IMG/VR virus record: IMGVR_UViG_3300043427_003220
Span: 1-64,000 of that record
Reading direction: 5' to 3' (one strand)
From: a virus
Taxonomy: Duplodnaviria; Caudoviricetes
DNA: 64,000 bases
Shown here piece after piece: positions 1-6,685 of the stretch. Position numbers and translations under genes: made by a program. How positions within the stretch are numbered: the stretch's first letter is position 1; the number at the start of each line of letters is the position of its first letter. The notes beneath the pieces were generated by a model. That model worked only from the letters and a program-made list of their open reading frames with translations, searched no databases and was not told the DNA's origin.

Positions 1-74
1 CTGCTCAAACTATTTCAGGCGATAACGAGACAAGACCTAGTAATAAAGGTGTTAATTATATTATTAAAGTTTAA
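1..74 (+). CDS. 3' end of a tail-collar fibre paralog (partial)
   Basis: Reads AQTISGDNETRPSNKGVNYIIKV*, nearly identical to the C-terminus of 114..905. Confidence 0.85.
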   Translation, partial: AQTISGDNETRPSNKGVNYIIKV

Positions 75-103
75 AAATAATAATTTTTAATCAATTTTTA
101 AAA
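1..103 (+). repeat. Direct repeat copy 1 (fibre gene 3' end plus downstream spacer)
   Basis: Matches 832..935 with 3 substitutions and a 1-nt indel; may extend beyond the window edge. Confidence 0.95.
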
Positions 104-113
104 GGAGAAACAA

Positions 114-905
114 ATGGCTAACGTAGCGACGTTGGTATCTGTAGCAGATTCCAAAGCTTCTCAAAAAGTAAACGCAGTGTCACCTTTAATACCTACAGGC
201 ATAATTTTACCTTTTGCGGGGTCTGTCGTTCCAGTAGGATGGCTTCTCTGCGATGGTACAGCATATAATCAAGCTGATTATCCAGAATTGTATGCCGCAT
301 TGGGTACTCTTTATAATACACAAATAAATCCAACTACAGGAGCTGCGTGGGTAGCTCCTTCAGCTGGACAATTCAGAGTACCAGATTATAGAGCCGCCTT
401 TTTAAGAGGAACTGGAACTCCATCTGTAGGAGATGCCGTAACTACAGGTGGATGGCAAGCACAAAAAACAGCTAAAAATGGAATAAGTGCAGCTTCTGTT
501 TCAGCAACTGTTTCTGGTCTAAAAAATCAAATGAATGGAGGCACTGGAGGTGGAGGAGTTAACCATTCACATGGTGGGCGAGCACCCGGCGCAAACTCGC
601 ACACCCATACACATAATGATTGGTCGTGGAGTTCCCAAGCATTTGCCAACTGGGGATGGAGAGGTACAGGAGCAGGTGAAGATTATGACAATGCTCCAGG
701 CAACTCACACCCTAGAGGCGTTGACGCGAATGGAGATCATTATCATTGGCCTCACGGGAATACTTCTGACGCCCATACTCATAGTTGGAACTTTGGCACT
801 ACTGCAACCTTTAGTGCATCTGGAACAGTAGCTGCTCAAACTATTTCAGGCGATAATGAAACAAGACCTAGTAATAAAGGTGTTAATTATATTATTAAAA
901 TTTAA
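114..905 (+). CDS. Phage tail collar domain protein / short tail fibre
   Basis: PTGIILPFAG..P.GWLLCDG..YPELYAALG..FRVPDYRAAFLRG collar motif; HxH repeats; C-terminal ETRP.N..VNYIIK; AAGGAG RBS. Confidence 0.9.
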   Translation: MANVATLVSVADSKASQKVNAVSPLIPTGIILPFAGSVVPVGWLLCDGTAYNQADYPELYAALGTLYNTQINPTTGAAWVAPSAGQFRVPDYRAAFLRGTGTPSVGDAVTTGGWQAQKTAKNGISAASVSATVSGLKNQMNGGTGGGGVNHSHGGRAPGANSHTHTHNDWSWSSQAFANWGWRGTGAGEDYDNAPGNSHPRGVDANGDHYHWPHGNTSDAHTHSWNFGTTATFSASGTVAAQTISGDNETRPSNKGVNYIIKI

Positions 906-935
906 AAAATAATAATTTTTAATCAATTTTTAAAA
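832..935 (+). repeat. Direct repeat copy 2
   Basis: Matches 1..103. Confidence 0.95.
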
Positions 936-1844
936 TCTTAACTCAGGAACTCCAGTTTTAACCGACCAATTATTTAATACAAATTGTTTAGGCTTAATTC
1001 CCATACTGGGAATATCAAATTGAGCCATTAAGAAAACGTCGTCTAATACGTTTTGCAATCCTCTAGCTCCCAATCCCCTTTCCAACGCACCTTTAACAAT
1101 TTCATCTAAAGCACTTTCTTCAATAATCAGCTCAACGCCTTCGCTAGCAAACCATTCTTTATAAGAATTTAATACACTATCGTTTGATTCTACTAATATT
1201 TTTCGCAAATCTTCCGCCTTTAGTGCTTCCAACGAAGCAACAACGCTAAATCGCCCTAAAAACTCAGGAATCATGCCATACTTTACTAAAGAATCCGTTT
1301 TGCACTCTTCTAGTCCAACAAAAGCCCCAGAGCAAATAAACAGTATGTCCTTTGTGTGTAATTTTTTGACAACATGATTGACCTCAAAGCCAATCTCACT
1401 ACCTTCTAGCAATTTCAACAGACTTTGCTGTACACCAACCCCGTTTACGTCCGGCGAACCATCATGGCTGCTTTTGCGCCTAATCTTATCAATTTCATCA
1501 ATATAAACAATAGCTTTTGATGCAACCTCGTCATTGAACTCACACATAGCACATAGCTCACTAATAATTTCAGTGACGTCCTTACCTACATACCCAGCAC
1601 TTGTAAACTGAGTAGCGTCAACCATCATAAACTTACTATTAAGAAACTCGGCTAACTTTTGAACAGTGTAGGTTTTGCCGCTTCCACTAGGCCCAATCAT
1701 GAGGACGTTGGATTTTTTAATTTTGGCGTTATGGCGAGTTCTTTTGTAGTGATTGTAGGCAGCAACAGCTAAAGCTTTTTTGGCTTTATCTTGGCCAACA
1801 ACATATGCGTCTAAATAGCTTTTAACATCTTTAGGAGTGAACAC
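930..1844 (-). CDS. clpX: ClpX-like AAA+ unfoldase, minimal form
   Basis: VVGQDKAKKALAVAAYNHYKR, Walker A GPSGSGKT, GYVG pore loop, Walker B YIDEIDK, GVQQSLLKLLEG, GARGL; likely GTG start at 1844 after AAGGGG (ORF open to 1862). Confidence 0.92.
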   Translation of the reverse strand: MFTPKDVKSYLDAYVVGQDKAKKALAVAAYNHYKRTRHNAKIKKSNVLMIGPSGSGKTYTVQKLAEFLNSKFMMVDATQFTSAGYVGKDVTEIISELCAMCEFNDEVASKAIVYIDEIDKIRRKSSHDGSPDVNGVGVQQSLLKLLEGSEIGFEVNHVVKKLHTKDILFICSGAFVGLEECKTDSLVKYGMIPEFLGRFSVVASLEALKAEDLRKILVESNDSVLNSYKEWFASEGVELIIEESALDEIVKGALERGLGARGLQNVLDDVFLMAQFDIPSMGIKPKQFVLNNWSVKTGVPELRF

Positions 1845-1900
1845 AGTATCCCCTTGCATCAATGATAAATATGTTCTACAGTATGTTTAAGGGGAAATCT

Positions 1901-2149
1901 ATGAAGGGACGCCTAACAGATAAAGAAAAAGAAGAGTTGCGCAAACTTTTAGAAGACCAAGATAAGCCACTGGACGACAAATGGCTAATGGCAGACGAAT
2001 ATGCCAAAAAAACTAAAAAAGAAAACCCTAATAATTATGGGTGTATATTGTGTGATAAAACGCACTTTGTCAAAAACTGTCCCAACAGAAAAGAAAAGTC
2101 AAAATATACTTATAGTTACTATAATCACGATGATAGCGGAGATTATTAA
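1901..2149 (+). CDS. Hypothetical protein with zinc-knuckle-like CxxCx3Hx4C
   Basis: CILCDKTHFVKNC; AAGGGG RBS before ATG 1901. Confidence 0.6.
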   Translation: MKGRLTDKEKEELRKLLEDQDKPLDDKWLMADEYAKKTKKENPNNYGCILCDKTHFVKNCPNRKEKSKYTYSYYNHDDSGDY

Positions 2150-2151
2150 TT

Positions 2152-2454
2152 ATGCCATTGGTAGCAGCAAAGCTTAAAAACAAACTAAAAGAGACAATTG
2201 AAAAAAACCTTAAAGAACAATTTGCTAAAGAAGCAAAAGACAATGAAAAGGCTACAGAGATGTGGACAAAAATGGCAGAGGCTATATCTCATATAGCAAC
2301 AGACATTGTTTCTGCAATTCAACAGGATGCCGAGGTCGCCCCAGGGATTCAGGTGCTTATAAACCCCGGCATTCCAACGGCGGGTAGCCCTGCGGCTCAA
2401 GTGACTACAGCCCCCGGCAATGGTACAACAACCGCGACAGGAAAGATTCTCTGA
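2152..2454 (+). CDS. Putative baseplate spike-tip/associated virion protein
   Basis: Helical N-terminus with AEAI..IA..I then G/P/T-rich tail ending TATGKIL, a pattern typical of small proteins encoded beside myophage spikes. Confidence 0.45.
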   Translation: MPLVAAKLKNKLKETIEKNLKEQFAKEAKDNEKATEMWTKMAEAISHIATDIVSAIQQDAEVAPGIQVLINPGIPTAGSPAAQVTTAPGNGTTTATGKIL

Positions 2455-2455
2455 T

Positions 2456-2707
2456 ATGCACCGCGCTGTCCAGAAAGCTTTTGAAGCCGTCTTGGTGGCT
2501 CAAAAAAAGCTGGCCGATGCAACAACAGACCAAGAAGCAGAAATTGCAGAAAAAGAACTAAAACAAGCCACCAACAATTTAATTACTATAGAAGCTAGGC
2601 TAGAGTTGCTTAACAAAATTGGTGCAGCTAATGGCCTTCCGGCTATTCAAGATGCACAACTATCTGAAGAAGCTATAGAAAAATTTTTAGAAATTTTATT
2701 GAAATAA
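2456..2707 (+). CDS. Hypothetical coiled-coil protein
   Basis: ORF directly after upstream stop, helical composition. Confidence 0.6.
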   Translation: MHRAVQKAFEAVLVAQKKLADATTDQEAEIAEKELKQATNNLITIEARLELLNKIGAANGLPAIQDAQLSEEAIEKFLEILLK

Positions 2708-2710
2708 GCC

Positions 2711-2737
2711 TAAAGGTTTTTTGCTGACCTCCGATAT
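2711..2737 (+). promoter_or_regulatory. Sigma-28 (FliA-type) promoter P1
   Basis: TAAA-N15-TCCGATAT; AAGGAGG and ATG 2778 downstream. Confidence 0.8.
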
Positions 2738-2777
2738 GTCTTATGTAAGACAGGAAACTAACACCAAGGAGGCTCCC

Positions 2778-3023
2778 ATGAGTACAGCAGAATTTCTCCA
2801 AAGCTACCTTGAGTCTTTTGAAACACAAGAAGACGGTTACAAAGATAGCCTTTGGGTCAAGGCTATCAAAGTCATGGCTATTCCAGAAGCCATGGAAGTG
2901 ACTGAAGAGTCTCCTGACTCCTTTGACAGCGGCATTAGGCTGCTGTTCAAAGATGGCAGTTGCCTCTACATTGGCAACCCACGCCAGTCAGCCTTCGCGG
3001 GCTTCAGCTATGTGATTGACTGA
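2778..3023 (+). CDS. Hypothetical acidic protein
   Basis: AAGGAGG RBS; lies between promoter P1 and a terminator. Confidence 0.75.
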   Translation: MSTAEFLQSYLESFETQEDGYKDSLWVKAIKVMAIPEAMEVTEESPDSFDSGIRLLFKDGSCLYIGNPRQSAFAGFSYVID

Positions 3024-3027
3024 CTCC

Positions 3028-3058
3028 AGCCCGCCCAAAAGGCGGGTTTAATTTTTTT
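3028..3058 (+). terminator. Rho-independent terminator
   Basis: AGCCCGCC-caaaa-GGCGGGTT followed by T-rich tract. Confidence 0.8.
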
Positions 3059-3059
3059 C

Positions 3060-3086
3060 TAAAGTTATTATTCTTAGCTCCGATAA
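3060..3086 (+). promoter_or_regulatory. Sigma-28 promoter P2
   Basis: TAAAGTTA..: TAAA-N15-TCCGATAA; GGAGG then ATG 3108. Confidence 0.85.
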
Positions 3087-3107
3087 GAATAGTAATGGAG
3101 GTGATGT

Positions 3108-3608
3108 ATGAGAAACAATTGGGCACAAAGACTGGCTTCTGCATTCAAGCACCCTGTTCAAGATTATGTTTTTGTTGAACAGTCTGAAGGTGAGTCTTCA
3201 TGTGCCTGTGGGCACCCCATCAAGAACATCTTCACTGTTGCCTGCAATGGCCACACTGTCCAATTGGGCAGTGAGTGCATTGAGAACTACACTGAGCTTG
3301 AAAGCATTCAGGTTCAAGTCAAGGCCGCTGAAGAGCGCCGCAAAGCAGAAGAGAAGGCTCATCAAGAGCATCTCCAGACCAAAGAACTTGAGTCACTCAT
3401 TAATGAGTACAATGAGCTGCTCAAGCCATTTAAAGAACAAGTCGCCAAGAGACAGCGCATTGATTATATGGTTTGGATGTACTGCGCAGGCAAGAAAGGC
3501 TACTCTATTAAGAAGCTCAAGACCCTCAAGGGCAAGATTAAGGCAGTCCAAACTGCCATCAAAGAACTCAAACTGGCTATCAAACTTGCGCAGGAGGACG
3601 TGGCATGA
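3108..3608 (+). CDS. Hypothetical Zn-binding protein with coiled coil
   Basis: CACGHPIK...LGSECI motif; GGAGGT RBS. Confidence 0.75.
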   Translation: MRNNWAQRLASAFKHPVQDYVFVEQSEGESSCACGHPIKNIFTVACNGHTVQLGSECIENYTELESIQVQVKAAEERRKAEEKAHQEHLQTKELESLINEYNELLKPFKEQVAKRQRIDYMVWMYCAGKKGYSIKKLKTLKGKIKAVQTAIKELKLAIKLAQEDVA

Positions 3609-3739
3609 AGATAAATATAGCTATTGCTACGGCAATTGTGATTGGAATGCTGATTCAATTGGCGGCTATAATTGCTTTGGCCGTTTATGCACCGATTTGG
3701 CTTTCCGTTCCTTTGATTGTATTAATGATTGCTTTTTAA
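3605..3739 (+). CDS. Small membrane protein (44 aa, not in ORF track)
   Basis: MKINIAIATAIVIGMLIQLAAIIALAVYAPIWLSVPLIVLMIAF; AGGAGG RBS; ATGA overlap with upstream stop. Confidence 0.7.
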   Translation: MKINIAIATAIVIGMLIQLAAIIALAVYAPIWLSVPLIVLMIAF

Positions 3740-3749
3740 GGAGATTCTT

Positions 3750-4034
3750 ATGCGCTTTACGTATACAACAGATATTATTGGCGGACAGCCGGTAACGACT
3801 ATTCAAGAAACTGCCGGCGTGTTTTCTGGCTATACAGCGGAGCAAGTGGCGGTTGTCGCTGAAAACCTTTATCCAAACTATCAGTCTCGTAATATGTCTA
3901 ATATCTTTTCTGATATTTATTTCAACTATTGCCTCAGAAAGACTCTCGAAGGTCAGCCCATTCCAAATGAATATCTATCTAATAATATTAGACAAAGTGT
4001 AAATGATAGCGATTTGCTCGAAGAAAATGATTGA
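3750..4034 (+). CDS. Hypothetical protein
   Basis: AAGGAG RBS before ATG 3750. Confidence 0.65.
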   Translation: MRFTYTTDIIGGQPVTTIQETAGVFSGYTAEQVAVVAENLYPNYQSRNMSNIFSDIYFNYCLRKTLEGQPIPNEYLSNNIRQSVNDSDLLEEND

Positions 4035-4059
4035 CAGTCGCGCTAATAGCAGATAACTT
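4031..4059 (+). promoter_or_regulatory. Sigma-70-like promoter
   Basis: TTGACA-N17-TAACTT upstream of AGGAGG and ATG 4083. Confidence 0.5.
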
Positions 4060-4082
4060 ACCACTTAGGAGGTAGATTTATC

Positions 4083-4373
4083 ATGATTACAGGACTTTTT
4101 GCAGCAGGGCTTTTGGCGATGTTTGTGGGTCTTTCAAGCCGCACTCCAGAGGTAGATAATACCAATACCCAATACTGCGTAGCTGCTCCTACTCGTTCCA
4201 ATCCAAAACAAGAGCGAACAGTCACTATAGATGAGCTAGTTGTTGACTCGCGCTGCCCACAAGGTGCTCAGTGCATTCGTCAAGGCGAACTCAAAGTAGT
4301 TAAGAACTGCTCTAAAGGCACAATGACTACAGAGCCAACCAAATCATCACTATCAGAACGGAAATCAAAATAA
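4083..4373 (+). CDS. Exported/membrane-anchored Cys-containing protein
   Basis: Hydrophobic N-terminus; DSRCP..A.CI..G motif; AGGAGG RBS. Confidence 0.65.
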   Translation: MITGLFAAGLLAMFVGLSSRTPEVDNTNTQYCVAAPTRSNPKQERTVTIDELVVDSRCPQGAQCIRQGELKVVKNCSKGTMTTEPTKSSLSERKSK

Positions 4374-5281
4374 TGCTAAAGTACATAGCTTTGGCGGCAT
4401 CGGCTCTATCTCTGAGTGCTACAGCACAAGAGGCAATAGAGCTGACTCCGCCAGTGTGTCTACAGCCAAATATTAACTTTTGGCATGACGTATATACAAA
4501 ATATACAAGACACGACATCATTGTTTACAACCAAAAGACAATGGAAGTCTACAACGTCTACCCACGCCCAAAGGGAAGCAAAAAGACAATTAAAAAGTAT
4601 AAAAGACACTTATTACATAAATATGTAAAGCTAATGCCCAAAGAGAAAAAGAACATTGCAGTCAAGACAGGGGCACGAGGCTTCTTTGAGAGAGGCTTTG
4701 AGAGAATGCACGAGCATTACCCCAAGATAGTCAAGAAGCTAGAGCAACAAGGAATGCCACACCAAATAGCCTTCTTGCCGTTCGTAGAGTCTTCGTACTC
4801 CTATAAAGCCACTAGCCCAGTCGGAGCAGTAGGCATGTGGCAAATCATGCCGGCAACAGGCAGACTCTTTGGAATCAAGAAGAGAGCAAGGCTTAGAGAC
4901 AATAAGGTAGCCACCGATGTAGCCATCAAGCTCCTTAAGTTTAATTACGAGATGTTGGGAGATTGGACTTTGGCTATCAATGCCTATCATTCCGGCACCG
5001 GACGACTCTTAAAAGCATCCAACATGGCAAATTCAAAAAACATTTGTGAAATACTCAACTATCTTGACGAAAATGACGTTACTATTAAGGGGTACAAGTT
5101 CTATAGCAGAAACTATGTAGCTCAATTGTTTGCTATTGACAAGGCAGTGACGGAAAGGCTAAACCCTCACGTAGAGGATGAAGCCGAAGAAATAGAAGAG
5201 GGGGTTCAAAATGAGTTTGAAGAGAAAGCTGGAGATGCAACTGGATTTGAGGAGTCCGACAGGGAAGACACTGCACCTTGA
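4373..5281 (+). CDS. Lytic transglycosylase (SLT/MltD-like) with signal peptide
   Basis: LPFVESSY..A.SPVGAVGMWQIMPATG, W.LAINAYHSG; N-terminal signal peptide. Confidence 0.9.
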   Translation: MLKYIALAASALSLSATAQEAIELTPPVCLQPNINFWHDVYTKYTRHDIIVYNQKTMEVYNVYPRPKGSKKTIKKYKRHLLHKYVKLMPKEKKNIAVKTGARGFFERGFERMHEHYPKIVKKLEQQGMPHQIAFLPFVESSYSYKATSPVGAVGMWQIMPATGRLFGIKKRARLRDNKVATDVAIKLLKFNYEMLGDWTLAINAYHSGTGRLLKASNMANSKNICEILNYLDENDVTIKGYKFYSRNYVAQLFAIDKAVTERLNPHVEDEAEEIEEGVQNEFEEKAGDATGFEESDREDTAP

Positions 5282-5615
5282 AGATGTAAAAAGCCTTAGG
5301 TCTTTACGCATTCATGACGCAGGGGATGCAGACAATATCTTTTTGGTTGACGTAGTAGACTTGGGTGGCAACCTTCTTCAAAACTACACATGTGGTTTTG
5401 AGTGCGTTAGTCTTATTTGCGCTATGTTGTATTCAGAAGGTGACGCGGAAGACAAAACCCAAGTAACTGTTTCTTTTGAAGCCCTTGTTAATGCCTTGAC
5501 TATGTCCCGTAATGCGGGTTATACAGATGCAAGCAAGGGTCTTCTCGAAGATGATACGGAAGAGGAAGCTTTGCAAGAGTATATGAACCGCGAAACTAAT
5601 GTTACTTTGAACTGA
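5211..5615 (+). CDS. Hypothetical protein
   Basis: GAGGGGG RBS; operon context. Confidence 0.6.
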   Translation: MSLKRKLEMQLDLRSPTGKTLHLEDVKSLRSLRIHDAGDADNIFLVDVVDLGGNLLQNYTCGFECVSLICAMLYSEGDAEDKTQVTVSFEALVNALTMSRNAGYTDASKGLLEDDTEEEALQEYMNRETNVTLN

Positions 5616-5622
5616 GGCTATT

Positions 5623-6183
5623 ATGAAAGTATCAGAAGAGGCGCTCAATCATCTGAAGTCGTTACAAGTAGACCCTACCAAGTTGTCTGAAGAAGAATAC
5701 TTCATGGCAACTCATATTCAGATGCCTAGACTTATCTACAGGGGCCCTAACGCTAATCCCCTGCCTGCATACCAAACAAAGCAGTCAAGTTGCTTTGACG
5801 TCTTAGCTGATGAGTATGTAACTATTCAGCCAAAGTCGTATGTAGTAATCAGGACTGGCCTCTATCTGACTATGGAAGATGCCGCCCACTTCATCAATCT
5901 TAACCCCGCAGTCATGAATCTAGCTCTAGTCCTTAGAGAGCGTTCTGGCTTGGCGGCCAAAGGTATTGGTTTAGGTGCGGGTGAAATCGACAGAGATTAT
6001 CTCATTGAAAATAATTCAGAGAACGAAATTAAAGTCATTCTTAGGAACTTTTCCGAAGTTCCACTCGAAGTCAAAGCTGGAGATAGAATCTGTCAGGCTA
6101 AGTGGGAGCTAGTTCTTAAAGACCCGTTTCTTGAAACTAAGAACCATAAGCGCATTGGCGGGCTAGGAAGCACAGGCACATGA
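5623..6183 (+). CDS. dut: Trimeric dUTPase
   Basis: RSGLA, GEIDRDY, GDRICQ and R.GGLGSTG motifs. Confidence 0.92.
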   Translation: MKVSEEALNHLKSLQVDPTKLSEEEYFMATHIQMPRLIYRGPNANPLPAYQTKQSSCFDVLADEYVTIQPKSYVVIRTGLYLTMEDAAHFINLNPAVMNLALVLRERSGLAAKGIGLGAGEIDRDYLIENNSENEIKVILRNFSEVPLEVKAGDRICQAKWELVLKDPFLETKNHKRIGGLGSTGT

Positions 6184-6572
6184 AGACTAAGAAAATTCCC
6201 AAAGACTCAGGACAGCCATTGTTTCAAGTCTCTCCGGAAGTGCGAGAGATAAACAATGTGCCCACTTCATGGAAGAAGCTAGTCTTGTATGTTTTTGAGG
6301 AAAAGTTGACTCATAAGTCGATTCCAACTCAATATATTATTGGATATGATGCTTTGGTAGATAATCCAATTCCTTCAAATCTTTATTACGACGGACTTTT
6401 TGAAACGACTTATGCAGGTCGTCGCAGAATTAAACCAGACGAAGAGTATCTATTTGTTTTAACTAAAGAAAATAAATTCCGTTCTATTCATTTTAGTCAA
6501 AAAACCCTTGAAAAATGGATACTTACAAAGACAATAATTGAAAAAGAAGAAATTCAATCAATTCTAGCTTGA
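6180..6572 (+). CDS. Hypothetical protein
   Basis: ATGA overlap with dut stop. Confidence 0.65.
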   Translation: MKTKKIPKDSGQPLFQVSPEVREINNVPTSWKKLVLYVFEEKLTHKSIPTQYIIGYDALVDNPIPSNLYYDGLFETTYAGRRRIKPDEEYLFVLTKENKFRSIHFSQKTLEKWILTKTIIEKEEIQSILA

Positions 6573-6637
6573 ATTAACTAGCATAACTTTAACAAAATTG
6601 TTAAGATTCAAGAATATTCAGGTTTTTGCAAAAAATC

Positions 6638-6646
6638 TGATAAAAT
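6638..6646 (+). promoter_or_regulatory. Extended -10 promoter candidate for the sheath operon
   Basis: TG-A-TAAAAT about 40 nt before ATG; dyads upstream (TTAACAA-aa-TTGTTAA at 6589..6604). Confidence 0.5.
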
Positions 6647-6685
6647 CTGTATGTAGCGTTTGGCCACAAAACTAGGAGCCATAAG

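Noticed and set aside
1-935. Repeat pair as a diversity-generating retroelement TR/VR
   Set aside because: Only three substitutions, one of them C/T rather than adenine-specific; both copies are gene ends; no reverse transcriptase seen
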